From Camelus ferus (lineage: Eukaryota): 64,000 nucleotides of DNA. Below the pieces are notes generated by a model that was not told where the DNA came from, made no database searches, and was given only the letters and a program-made list of their open reading frames with translations. The position numbers and the translations under genes are program-made. Below are positions 49,001 to 62,289 of the stretch, one piece after another. The DNA lies in the NCBI RefSeq assembly GCF_009834535.1, contig NC_045698.1:13642001-13706000 (forward strand). The letters are read 5' to 3'. Each line of letters opens with the position of its first letter. Within the stretch, counting starts at the first letter, position 1.

Positions 49001-52000
49001 GGAAGAAGTTTTATCAGGCTGCCTGATCATGCACTCATCCCTGAACTGATGTGGGGGTGGGGGTGATGGCATTGTCACCTTGTTTGAGTGTTTTACTAGA
49101 AGAATGTCCTACCGAATGAAGATCTCCAATAAAGAGGGGAAGACATTATACCTGTACGGATGTGAGAGTGAAACATATTGGACAGAAGAACAATGGTGGT
49201 GGTGTTTAGTCAGGTGAATGAACTTTCTCATCTTCGAGCTAGTAATCTATCTACACACAGTTCACCAAGAATGTGGACCATCAACCCCCACTATTAATGA
49301 CTGAAATTGTGGATTACTTTAAAGAGTAAAGATGACATGACAAATGAGAAGAAGAAATATTTCATAGAGACAAAGCATTGCTGTCTCATATATGCACAGT
49401 GAATGCGTATTCACATTGAGACTCTTCTCTTTAATCTTAGGGAAAAATTCAAAAAGAATGCAGAGGTTGAACCAGAGGCGAATGACAGGAAAGACCCAGA
49501 GCAAGACTGGGAATACAAGTAATTGTTCCAAAGAAACGAAGATTGAGAACCCTACGACTATGTGAATGTAAATGAGTATATAGATACCTATTTTATGGTA
49601 GAATAACAGCTCAGTTTTAACTGTCGAAAAGATCCTTTAACTAGGACTGCAAAAGAGTTGCATTTCCTCAGCTATTTAAAGTGCTTTCTGAGTCACCAAG
49701 CAGCACTGCGCTTTGCATTTCCTAGAGGACAGGGGATGCACTTGATAGAGGAGCTTTCAGTCACGAAGCAGTTGGCAAAGTTAATATTCTGGCTTCAGAA
49801 AGAGAGTTTGGAAATAGTCTATCAAATCAGAGGAGTAGATGGGGCCACCCATTCAGTAATTCATTTGCACCACCCAATTCAGTGATTTATTTTTTCCTCT
49901 CTAGTACAAATGGAAAATATAAGTTGAATTTATAATGCCTTGATTTATATATGTGTATATGACAAAATACCTTATTTTTAACATCAAAAACATGCTGTAC
50001 ATAAAGTGGATAATGCACATTAAATGATACATTTCTATGGCTCTTAGTTTCAAGACTACTTTTTCTTTTGCTCTATTTGACCTTACATCTCAGAGTCACA
50101 ACATTGCCATGACTAGCAAGTGGTCCTTTTTTATTGCTCTAATCATTGAGGCCATACCATATGCTTTCTAACGGATGAACATGAAAAAAAGTAAAACTAA
50201 TCATTTAAATTAGTTTCAGGGATACTGTTCTTGGCACAGAATAGACTTTATGAATCTTTTGCAGCTATTTCGACTCACAATGTACCAGCTTCTGTAGATT
50301 TAACTCTCAACTTATCCTATATTTTCTTGACCTTGAACACTTATTAACATTTTATGATTCTAGAACAGTACTTACTCCATAATGGCCATACTCTTTTATG
50401 ATCTATTACAATAATAGATTACACAATTATTTTATAGGATAATATATTAAAAGCCTCTGAATTTTTAAAAAGCCTTTGAGCAAAAATGTGAGTAGGTCTA
50501 ACAAGGTAAAAGAAATGACCTAGTTACATTTGCTTTAACTCTGACTTGTCTCAACAGAAAGGATACTCGACTCAGCAAAATCCATCACCAAGATAAAAGA
50601 CTCTCCCCCTCCTCAGCCCATAAATGTCTGTCCTCTATCTTCAAGCTGATAAGAAAAATTAGTGTTTCTGTTTCTATAAACACGCAACCCTTCCTTCTTG
50701 TCTCTATTCTAATAATCAACACCCAGATAGAACACACATACTAGATTTTCTTTTGTTTTAAATATGAAATTCATTTCAAAGCAAGTATCAGAGTCTTGTA
50801 ACTATAGTTAGCCATTTTACATTATACACTGCCTTTGATACTGAATTCCACTAATCTCTATGAAATGAGCGTACATCTTAGAAGTCAGATTGGATTCTTC
50901 CTGGCTTCATAGTTTGGTTTCAGGAGAGGGAAATGAAGTAGGTTTGAAGCCCTCTGGAGAAAACAGAGCAAGGCAGTTGTTAATCATGTTTGTGGGAAGC
51001 AGAAATGCAAAAGCTCTAAAATAATCAGAAGACTTACATCTAAATGAGCATAAAGATGAAATAGATAGAGGTGCATAACATATTCCAGGGGCTTTTTACT
51101 ATTATGTTCATTAAAGTTCCAGCTTAATGCATGCTTTATTGCCCAGAAATTCATTTCATTTGCATTTTAACTGGGTTTTAGTCAAGTTAATCCTTTTTCT
51201 TCCCTGGCTAAGAAACTATTCGACAACTACAGCAAAATACTGAAAGAAGAGAAATAAATTGGAATAGTCTGCTTATACTAAAACTTAAATTTGTCATAGT
51301 TTACTAAAGAAAAAGGACGTCTCTACTGCATTCACTGGATCACATTATTTTAACACCTAAAAGTGGCTGTGTATTATCGAGTAAGCTCTGTTAGATGACA
51401 AGACATTTTTTTTTTCATTTATGCTAAAGATTTAATATCAAGGGAGATTCAGTAAAAATCAGCATCTCATTTTTACAGGAGTGAAAACGATAAAGCAGTC
51501 ACCCATTTAGAAGCACGCAATTAATTTTTCACAAGAAACTCCAATATGTAACACCATCCATCATTTAAACAGTTGTGCAAATAAAACAGCAGCTTAAGTT
51601 GCATATTGAAAGTGGAAGCATTCAGTTCAGCAATATGTTGCCCCAAGAGAAAGAGAAAGTTTTTTTTTAAGTGACAAAAAGTAAGTTAATTTCCTAAATC
51701 CCAGTGACTGTAAGGTCCACATGAAAACAGAAGAGTTTTGTCTATGTGATGGTATATTAAAAACACAAAGTGCTAATAACACACAGTAAAATGGTCCCTT
51801 CAGGCAAACAGACATCTTAGCAAATCCCAGAGAAAAAAGAAATGTGAGACTGAGGAAAGCCAAAAACATGGGGGCAAATAAAGTCTTCAGACCAAAGGAA
51901 GCTTTCTTCATTATTTATTCTGAAATATTTAAACTGTATATGTATAAGATAAAATACAGTATTTCAGCATAACCATCTCCTATCTATTGGAAACCATCTC

Positions 52001-52140
52001 TAAAATTTCTTTCAATAAAATTTTCTTTTAAAGTTGGTACTCTCTCTCAAGAAAACCAGAGCATGTATTTCTCCCTCACTAACATTTGAGAGAGAAAGTT
52101 CCCTGGTTGCTTCAGCTTACTCCCCTTACCTTTAAACATC

Positions 52141-52720
52141 TTTTTTTTCAAACATTTTTTTATTGAGTTATAGTCATTTTACAATGTTGTATCAAATTCC
52201 AGTGTAGAGCACAATTTTTCAGTTATACATGAACATACATATATTCATTGTCACATTTTTTTTCGCTGTGAGCTACCACAAGATCTTGTATACATTTCCC
52301 TGTGCTATACAGTATAATCTTGTTTACCTATTCCACATATGCCTGTCAATATCTAAAAATTTTGAACTCCCAGCCTATCCCTTCCCACCCCCTCCCCCTT
52401 GACAACCACAAGTTTGTATTCTATGTCTATTAATCTGTTTCTGTTTTATATTTATGTTCTTTTTTTTTTTTTAAGATTCCACTTATGAGCATTCTCATAT
52501 ATTTTTCTTTCTCTTTCTGGCTTACTTCACTTAGAATGACATTCTCCAGGGACATCCATGTTGCTGCAAATGGCGTTATGTTGTCATTTTTAATGGCTGA
52601 ATAGTATTTCATTGTATAAATATACTTCTTTATCCAGTCATCTGTTGATGGACATTTAGGCTGTTTCCATGTGTTGGCTATTGTAAATAGTGCTGCTATG
52701 AACATTGGGGTGTAGGTGTC
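52141..52720 (-). mobile_element. Young LINE-1 3' end (poly-A, 3' UTR, ORF2 C-terminus); non-inverted segment
   Basis: Poly-T plus 'ttattgagttatagtc'. ORF 52430-52810(-) contains '[32 protein letters not shown]...YYSAIK...FAATWMSLENVILSEVSQKEKEKY', i.e. the ORF2p C-terminus and the adjoining region. Confidence 0.96.
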
Positions 52721-53621
52721 AAGACAACATGGTATTTGTACAAAAACAGACATATGGACCAATGGAACAGAATAGAGAGCCCAGAAATGAACCCTCAAAC
52801 TTTCGGTCAACTAATCTTCGACAAAGGAGGCAAGAATATACAATGGAATAAAGACAGTCTCTTCAGCAAATGGTGTTGGGAAAACTGGACAGCAGCATAT
52901 AAAGCAATGAAGCTAGAACACTCCGTTACACCATACACAAAAATAAACTCAAAATGGATGAAAGACTTAAACATAAGACAAGATACAAGAAACCTTCTAG
53001 AAGAAAATATAGGCAAAACATTATCTGACTTACATCTCAAAAATGTTCTCCTAGGTCAGTCTACTCAAGCAACAGAAATAAAAGCAAGAATAAACAAATG
53101 GGACCTAATGAAACTCACAAGCTTCTGCACAGCAAAGGAAACCATAAGTAAAACAAAAAGACAACCTATGGAATGGGAGAAAATTTTTGCAAATGAAACC
53201 AACAAAGGCTTGATCTCCAGTATATACAAGCAGCTTATATGACTTAATAAGAAAGAAACAAACAACCCAATCCAAAAATGTGCAGAAGACCTAAACAAGC
53301 AATTCTCCAAGGAAGAAATACAAATGATTAATAGGAACTTGAAAAAATGCTCAATATCACTAATTATCAGAGAAATGCAAATCAAAACTACAATTAGGTA
53401 TCACCTCACACCAGCCAGAATGACCATCATTCAAAAGTCCATAAATGACAAATGCTGGAAAGGCTGTGGAGAAAAGGGAATCCTCCTACACTGCTGGTGG
53501 GAACGCAGTTTGGTGCAAGCACTGAAGAAAACAGTATGGAGATTCCTCAAAAGACTAGGAATTGACTTACAACATGACCCAGGAATCCCAATCCTGGGCA
53601 TATACTCAGAAGGAACCCTAC
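52721..53621 (+). mobile_element. Young LINE-1 ORF2 segment, inverted relative to its own 3' end
   Basis: Sense L1 ORF2 from 'aagacaacatggtattt' to 'gggcatatactcagaaggaaccctac'. Confidence 0.96.
52736..53621 (+). pseudogene. LINE-1 ORF2p C-terminal fragment (post-RT region and Cys-rich domain), disrupted
   Basis: ORFs 52736-53242 ('[47 protein letters not shown]') and 53324-53641 ('[18 protein letters not shown]...[19 protein letters not shown]') are ORF2p. They are separated by a premature stop, and the last Cys of the CCHC motif (HCWWEC) reads Arg. Confidence 0.93.
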
Positions 53622-53719
53622 CTCATATATTTTTAATATGAGAAGTTGAGGTAAGTTTTGTAAGATAAGGATACTTCTTATGAAATTAGAGACAGAGATA
53701 AAGAGAGAGAGACAGAGAA

Positions 53720-54300
53720 TAAAGGTACAAAGAATAATCACAAATAAGAAAGAAGTATAAACAATTCATACCAGCTTTTGAAAAACCTAGATGTAATAGA
53801 CACATTTCTATAAAATTAACCTTCAAAAGTATGTGAAAGAAGAAATGGAAAACATGGATATGATAGGCCTATTTTGGTTAAAAAAAACTACATTAGTAAT
53901 CAAAATAATCCCACACACCCACACACATACACACAGCTCAGATGATCTCACTGCTAAGTTTTATCAACTACTTAAGGTACAAGTAGTCCTAATATTTTTT
54001 GTAAATCATTTGAGATTGATGAAAAAGAGAAATCATGCTTCTTGTCATTTTGTAAAACTAGCACTATCCTTTACACCAGAAGCTAAAAAGACAGTTTAAA
54101 ATAAGAAAAGTCTAGTATAATAACACTTAATAGCAAATATAAAAATAAACTCTTAAAATATTAGCAAACCAAATGTAATAAATTAATCTAAGTATAGTAC
54201 ATTATGACCCAGTTTGATTAAATATTCATAATAGCTTGTTTTACAACAACAACCTATTGATATAACTGATATAACTTGTGGAAAAATGTATAAACTATGT
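53720..54300 (+). mobile_element. Very old LINE-1 ORF2 fragment
   Basis: 'tttgaaaaacctagatgtaatagacacatttcta', 'cagctcagatgatctcactgctaagttttatcaa', 'aaaatattagcaaaccaaat', 'acattatgaccca'. Confidence 0.7.
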
Positions 54301-56139
54301 TTTTGGTTTTTATCTTTGGAAAAGTTATTTAAATATTTGCTCACTAATATTTTTGGTAAATATTCTGGTTCTTAAAATATTTAAAGTATTTATGTTTAAA
54401 TAGTCTAGTATAATGAAATATCATTGAAACAAAATATATCCAATTTAAAAAATTAAATTGTATCAAATTATTTATATAGGAAAATAGGGTTACATGCATT
54501 AAACCTTAAATAATTTTATAGACATTCATAACACATATTAATTATTGCTACACATGTATGTTTCAGTGACCATAATCCATGCAACATAAAATAAATCTCC
54601 AAAATTTTATCCTTCTGTAAAATCTGAGATCTCTGTGAAGAGTTTATGTTTCTTTATGTTCTAGAATCTCTCATTGGAAAAAAAATCACTCTATAATCAT
54701 ATTCAGTCAAAATACCATTTCAGTAATGCTTTCAAAAATATTAATAAAATTAATCATTAATATTAGCATATAAGAAAGAACAATTAAATAAGTTTCTAAA
54801 ATTCAAGTATAAATCTCAGTTTTTCAAGGCAAAAGCCTCATCCAAATTTGAAATCAATAAAAATATTTCTGAAGTCCAGGCAAACATGACCTTTCTTGCT
54901 ATTTAGATTGTGCTGGAGGGAGTCAATTGGGTTTACTAGTACTAATCTTATGCTCCCAGTCATAAGCACATTTGAGCAACCAAAGATATTTCCTGAAAAG
55001 TCCTGCCTTATATTATTTCTTACATGGGTAGTAAAAAGAAAAAAATGGCTTGCTTTCTTCAGGAAGGTAGATGCCACTAAAATTAATCTGCATTCCTATT
55101 TCTGCCCCTCAGGTCTATCAATCAAAATAACTGCTTTTTCATTTAGAAAAATGTGTGTGTATGGGATAAGTATTAAAAAAAAAATGTTCCTTATGGACAC
55201 AAAAACAGGGAGGAAAATATGCCACTCCAGCAGTGCACGGCTACAGACTAGCTGTTTGCATCCAGTTTGTTTATAACTGAGCTTTTTTTCAGCCAAGAGA
55301 CTGATAAAAGTTATCAGCATCTAGTTTTGCTAAATATGGCAACTGACATCACCATTGTCTTACTCATAAAATGCTTTTAAGAACCTGGACACATGTGGTG
55401 CTGTATTTTAAATTCCAAGTCCTCTGAGAAATTTTATACAAAAATACACTAAGTTATCAGATAAAGGAATGAAAAGGTATTGGTCGATGTGAACAAAAAG
55501 TCAGAATATTAATATCAGATTTGCTTTCATTGCTTTTAAACTTTAGATGGTAGGAGACAATTAGAAGCAACGTACAAGAATCTACCAGATAATATGCAAA
55601 ACAGTTACTCCAGTTCCAAAATTTAATAAATGAGATGCAATTATAAAGGATCATATTTTAACTTAAATATTTACCAAATTAAAATCAAAGTGCTTATAAT
55701 GTTGTAATTTATTGTTCAAAATCTTCAAAGGTTATTTTCCAAGCTGAATCTAGAACACAATTCAATGTATCATGATACAATTTTCACAGCAAAATTTGAC
55801 TACACACCCATTTTAAAAGTAAACTTTTCCTGAAAATTGAAACATTTCTAAATTAATATGTAATAATTTCTGTAAAATAAAGGCCTTAATCAGTTTTTAA
55901 ATCCTAAAAACATTATTAAAGCTAAAATGTTTCACAGTATAATTAAATAGAAAATGCATTTATGTGCTTTGGATTAACTAAATAAGTTTAACCTTAATAT
56001 TATATTCATAAAAAAAGGAGAGAAACAAAAACTAAAGAGTTACATAACAGATTTTTTTCTCCTGAAGAATCTAAGGGAATTTAAATAATCTTGAAAATTC
56101 CAGATATTAGTCACTATAGAGGTATTAAATCTAAGAAGA

Positions 56140-56225
56140 TTGGAAATAAAAACTAAAGAAATTTATCTTCACTATATCACCCTTACAAAAAATATTAAGG
56201 GGCATCCTTTAAGTAGAAAAAAATA
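56140..56225 (+). mobile_element. LINE-1 ORF1 3' end fragment
   Basis: 'aaaactaaagaaatttatcttcacta...cccttacaaaaaatattaaggggcatccttta' resembles the ORF1p end (KLKEF.T..P.LQ.MLKG.L). Confidence 0.55.
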
Positions 56226-56304
56226 ATGACATAACTTCTGTTTTTTTAATCAAAAGGTTTTTATTTGATACCTTTAGAGAAAATATAAAGCAACACATGC
56301 TTTA

Positions 56305-57313
56305 ATGGTAATTGAAACAGTATGGTGCTGGCACAAAAACAGATACACAGGTCAATGGAACAGAATAAACAGCTCAGACATGAACCCAGATTACATGATC
56401 AATTAATCTATGACAAAGAAGTCAAAACCATACAATGGGGAAAGACAGTCTCTTCCATAAATGGTATTGGGAAAACTGGATAGCTACATACAAAAGCATG
56501 AAACTAGACCACTTCATTATACCACATACAATGATTAATTCCAAATGAATTCAACGCTTAATTATTAGACGTGAAACCATGAAACTCCTAGAAGAAAACA
56601 TAGGCAGTAAGCTCTTTGACATCAGCTTTAGCAATATTCCTTAAACCTGTCTCCTCAGGTAAGGAAAATAGACAAAAATAAACAAATGAGACTACATCAG
56701 ACTAAAATACTTTTGCATAGGGAAAGAAATCATCTACAAAATGAAAAAGCAGCTTACTACATGGGAGAAGATATTTGCAAATGATATATTTTCCAAAAAG
56801 GTTAATATCCAAAATATATAAAGAGCTCATACAACTTAATAGTTAAAAAAAAGTGGGTAGAGGACCTGAATAGACACTTTTGCAAAGGAGGCACACAGGT
56901 GGCCAAAAATCACATGAAAAGATGCTCAACATCCCTAATCATCAGAGAAATGCAAATAGAAACCACAATGAGATACCACCTCACAGCTGTTAGAATAACT
57001 GTTATGAAAGACACAAAATGACAAGTGCTGGTGAAAAGATGGAGAAAAGGGAATCCTTGGGCACTGTTGGTAGGACTGTAATTCATATAACAACTATGAA
57101 AACAGTATGAAGTTTTCTCAAAAAATTAAAACTTGAAGACCATATGATCCAGAAATTCCATTTCTAGGTATCTATCTGTAGAAAACAAAAACCCTGATTT
57201 AAAAAGATATATGCACTCCAATGTTCAATGTTCATTGCAGCATTATTTACAATATTCAAGACATGGATGCAACCTAAGTGCCCATGAATAAATGAATGGA
57301 TAAGGAAGGCATG

Positions 57314-57358
<45 letters not shown>

Positions 57359-57840
57359 ATGAAGTATTACTCAGCCATAAAAAGGATGACATTTTGTCAC
57401 TTACGACAACATGGATTAATCTGGAGGGTATTATGCTAAGTGAAATAAGTCAGACGGAGGAAAACAAATACCGTATAATTTTACTTACATGAGGAATCTA
57501 AACAAAACAAAAGAGCAAACATAATAAAACAGAAATAGACTCACAGATACAGAGAACGAACTGGTGGTTACCAGAGGGGAGTGAGGTGGAGGGATTGATG
57601 AGATAGGTGAAGGGGATTAAAGAGTGCAAATTCCCAGTTATAAAATAAGTAAGTCACGGAGAGGTAATCTACAGCATAGGGAATACTGTCAACAATATTG
57701 TAATAACTTTATATGGTGACAGGTGGTAACTAGGTTTATTGTGTTAACAACTTTGTAACATATATAAATGTTGAGTCACTATGTTGAACACCACCAACCA
57801 ATAAAATATTTTAAGTCAATTATACTTCAATAAAAAAGAA
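56305..57840 (+). mobile_element. 5'-truncated LINE-1 (ORF2 3' part, 3' UTR, poly-A signal)
   Basis: Collinear sense L1 from 'gtaattgaaacagtatggtgctggcacaaaaacaga' to 'gtcaattatacttcaataaaaaagaa'; many stops and frameshifts. Confidence 0.93.
57316..57354. repeat. (CA)n microsatellite inside L1
   Basis: Directly visible, about 19 units. Confidence 0.97.
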
Positions 57841-60800
57841 ATTTGGCAAGGAAATTCATATGTGTATCCTCACAGAGTGCACAGTTAATGTCTGAAACTG
57901 AGAATTGCAGAATTGCTAATTTTTAGCTGCCTTTGTTTTGGAAGTAGGGGCCAGGAGAGGAAATATACTGCAGGGAATAATCATAGTTGCCTCAGACTGA
58001 TTCTAAATCTTGTTCATCATCATCATAGCTTCTTCATCATATACTTAATTCCATCCTATCTCTGTGCAACACATTGGTGATAAATCCAGTGTAGAAATAA
58101 AAGCTCTACAGAAATGAAACAAAAGATGCCTTGATATCTGGATAGTATTTAAATCATATGTCTCATCTTACGATTTTCTTACATAAATAAGTTCACTTCC
58201 CTAAATTTAGTGCCTAAGAATTAAAAGTATATTTCAATCAAAGACAATTCAATCAAGGACAAATCCAGTCCCTTCAAGGAGTGACTCCAAATATATTGTA
58301 ATAAAAAATAAACAGTAGAAGTGTGATAGCAAAAATAATGATAAATAGACAGAATCTCTATTATATTACCAACAAGACCTCATTTAGAAAACCATGTCAT
58401 ATTCTTGCCCAGCAGTGTTGCAGATATTTCCAGTCCTCGACTTCTTGCGCATCCCAGTGGCCTACATTTCTCAGCCCCCTTGTATTGAATGGGGTAGCTC
58501 AGTACTCACCAACTGAGTGCAAGCAAAATTAAGCTGTCTCATTTTTATGAGGAGGTCTTTAAGAAAAAGTGTAAGCTCTCTATGGTCTCTCTTGGGCTTT
58601 GATGGTGTTTTGAGATGGAGAAACAACATGGTAGAAGCAGGTGATTTACTGAGGCACCACAAGGAAGACAGATATTCAAAAATATAGGAAACGCAGACTG
58701 TATTTGATATGCCCAAGAAGTACACCTCTGCTGAATTAAGCCTCTGATGTTTGTTTTTGCAATATAACCTGGTCTATTCTGACTAATCAAATGGGTCAAT
58801 TCCAGAAGATTTATTTTAGTCTTACAATTTGTTCTGCATACTCTTGGGATCCCAATTTGTTGAGATTTAATATATGGCCACAAGTATTAATGTTGTTACA
58901 GACAGTATATTATGCAAAACTCCCATCACAAAGGCCACTCTTTATAAAGGACAATGTTTATGATGGAACATCCAGAACAAATTATGGTCATGACACAAAG
59001 TTGTTTCCAGCTCTGTGGCCATTTCAGTACTTACTGAGCTATAATATATTCCACAACCTTGAACAGAATGTCCTCTATTCTTATATTTATTAGAACGGTT
59101 TCTGATCATTAATCATAAAAGGTTTCCAAGATAGCAGCAGGCTAATATGATGATTTTAGTGATCCATGTACACAAATGCCATGGAATGTTCAATAGATAA
59201 ACTATCTAAAGGATCTGTCTGTTACAGCCTTTGCGTCAATCAATCTCTTCTCCATGTTATTTGCTCAGCTCTTGAAATACCATCATCCATTATTTGTAGC
59301 ATGTTTGCCTGTATAGGCAGAAGCACTTCTATTCCTAGGACTCCTTGTTCAGTCTCTAAAGCACCAGGTCCCTGATTTTTAGCTATTAGTGTAAAAACAC
59401 ACAAATCTGACTTGACAGTAACAAGTCTGCCTCTGGCAAGATTATTTTCTCTCTGAAAAATCAGTAAGTTTGACACCGAATTTTTAAAGTGACTAAATTG
59501 TGAAAATATTTGGTGGAGAGAGCATTTCCAAATTTCTCATGTAATATACACAGAGATTCCACAGAAGCAGAGCTGTCATTGAACAAACGTTCCTTTTACA
59601 GGAAAGCCAGGAAGCACTTGGACCGGAACATTATCGTTAAGGTTGCATTTTTTTTGAAGACTGAGTCTGTGCACATGATAGAGAGAGAGATAGAGAGGCA
59701 AAGAGACAGAGAGAAATAGTAAAACAGAGATGCTCAGAAAAATATTTCTCATCATCTTTTTGCCCTCAGCTCTAAGAAAAACAAAAATAATGACAAAAAG
59801 ATGATCAGGATGAGTCCTGTAACTTGAGGAACACTTGACCCCTTAACTAGAGTTTTGAGATGAAGCATCAGTTTCTCCTGAACTTGCATGGAAATACTGT
59901 CCCTTGTTTCAAAACAGAAATTTGTATGACTGGAATGTATTTCACGTTTGCTCACTTACCCCATAGGAAGGAGAGAAAGAATGTGACAGTGTCATAATGC
60001 TGCGGTCTTGCTGTACTGCAACAGCATGGCACAATGGAGAAGGGAAGGCTACAGAAACAGGCCAGTTATGGGGCTCATGGCACTCATCACTTTTTAGGCA
60101 AGTCTTAATGCTGGGAACCCAATGATCACAAGACAACCAACTATTTGATGACAGGGTAGACAGGGTATCCTAATAGGGGAACCCTTGGAATCATGCATGT
60201 GGTTGGATGTGGTTCTTCTGTTTTGGCTAAATGAACTAACTCTGGCTAGGGGAGCGGGAGACATAATCTACTTTGAGTGCCTAGCCTGGCAGGGGTGGGT
60301 CAGGGTGCCAGGAAGAACTGAATTAAGGAGAGAGACTCAATTTCTACATAAATGAATGAGTTAGGGAATGAAACAAAACTTTGATAACAGATAAAGAGTG
60401 TTAATATATCACTAGATATATTAATAGGTCTTTGAAATCATAAATTTAAATCCAGACATCCCACAATTGTAGGCAAATTTTTTTTAAATACTCCTTAATA
60501 TTGATTCAAGATTAGTGAGTGTGTAGTGAAAATATTTGAAATAAGTGATCAATCAATCAATCAAGGCTTTTGAAAATCTAATTGATAGAAGTGAATGGGT
60601 GAAATGGAGGTACCATTTAGGTAAAGCAAATCCCCAAGCATGAGGTATCATAGAATTGTTAACTAAAAGATACTAAAGAAGCTGGTTTTTTTTTTTTAAT
60701 AGCAAATGAAATTAAAGTCCATTTTTTCAACTTCAAAACTATGTTGGGAAACTAATAAGACATATCCATAAAGCTAGGTTTATTTTATGACTCAATCTTA

Positions 60801-60974
60801 CTTGTATTCATTATTTGATTCTTACATATATTTTATTTATATCATGTCTCATTCTAAAATAGATCTTAAAGGAATCCTTGCAAGAACATATCATATAAAA
60901 TAAAATGGAATATTCTAAATCTAAGTGCAAGAAAAAAGGAGCAGCTAAGAGGACAGTTGGAACTAAAAAGTGTC

Positions 60975-61021
<47 letters not shown>

Positions 61022-61022
61022 T
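60975..61022. repeat. Compound tetranucleotide STR (AGAT)n(AGAC)n
   Basis: Directly visible. Confidence 0.97.
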
Positions 61023-61719
61023 TGATCGATCCATGGATCAAGGCACTTTCGTAAGTGAATATCTTATATCTTAGCTCTAGGCTTTCTGGGAAATATCTCA
61101 GAAGTGTTATAATTCATACACTTCACCATATTCATAATCCGAAAAGAAAACCATTTGCTCTGAGGCATTATACTTAAACCTAGGCTCAGAAGGAGTTTCT
61201 CACAAGTCTTCCAGTAGATATGAATAATGTAAGAAACAATGTACTCAACAGACATGATAAGAAATGTGTTGATGGATTTTAAATATGAAGTGCCTTCATT
61301 CTATAGAGAACTAACATTAATCACAGAAGTAATTCTATTCAAATAGAATCAGTACGACCCAAACAAGCAGAGTGCATTTAATGTTCTCCTGCCTTCCATT
61401 TTCTCCTAAGGACATGACATTTCTCCATAGGGATGATCAATGGGTAAAAGATGACATACTCTCCTAACACACTTTTTTGAGCCCCAAATAATGGTTTTTT
61501 TTCAGATTGGAACCCCTTATCTTTCTGGCCAGTTAAAATATAGGTAACTTGAAGTGTTGAATGCACTATGTAAAATTTGATGCCAAATCTACTTTGTGTT
61601 GTCTTACATTCTAGAATGATAGAGTATTTGGGGACTTATCGACGTTTTGGAGGTTTGAAGTTTTTTCATGCTTGGAGTCTTCTTTCAACAAATATATACA
61701 AAAATCTCACTTTTTTCTA

Positions 61720-61830
61720 AGTTCAAAAATTGTGACCCTGTGAACCCATTGCTAGAGCCGCACACAAGACATTGGAAGGGGCTCATGAGAGGATGAAGCT
61801 CAAACTTCATTAGCTGCAGACTGGTTCCTC
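61720..61830. mobile_element. hAT MER53-like DNA transposon relic
   Basis: 'gacattggaaggggctcatg...tgaagctcaaacttcattagct' resembles the recalled MER53 end. Confidence 0.45.
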
Positions 61831-61969
61831 CATCACATTAAAAGTCCTCTGACATCTTTATCTTCAGAAACACCTGCTGGTGCCTTCCTTGTGATAAAGC
61901 TGTGGGGAATCAAAGGAGAAGGAAATGGTTGAAAATGTCATCTTGTTATTTTCATATTGGTGTCAAAAG

Positions 61970-62200
61970 AATAAACTATGGGCTTTAGTGAATAATAATA
62001 TATCAATAGTGCTTTATTAATGGTTTATTAAGAATCACCCTACTAAGGTAAGGTGTTAATAACAGAGAAAACTATTTTCAGGAGGAGGTAAAAATGTATA
62101 CGAATTCTCTGTACTGTCTGCTCAACTTTTCTGTAAATCAACAACTGTTCTAAAAAATGTAGTTTATTAGTAAAAAATATTAAATTGATTGTACTCAAAA
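61970..62200 (+). mobile_element. Old LINE-1 (L1MB/MC-like) 3' end
   Basis: 'taaactatgggctttagtgaataataatatatcaata...tgttaataacag...tctctgtactgtctgctcaacttttctgtaaatc...ttctaaaaaa'. Confidence 0.8.
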
Positions 62201-62289
62201 ATAAAAAGATAAATAAAATTAAAATTTTAAATGCTAATGTATTTGTATATATATTTCTCTAAAGCTGTACAAAAGGTTAATAACACGTG

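Noticed and set aside
52430..52810. 126-aa minus-strand ORF as a novel chimeric protein
   Set aside because: It reads across the L1 inversion junction (antisense ORF2 fused to the ORF2 C-terminus); there is no promoter or expression evidence.
59585..59650. Acceptor-like 'ttccttttacag|gaaag' with a short open frame
   Set aside because: No good donor downstream and no recognisable protein similarity.
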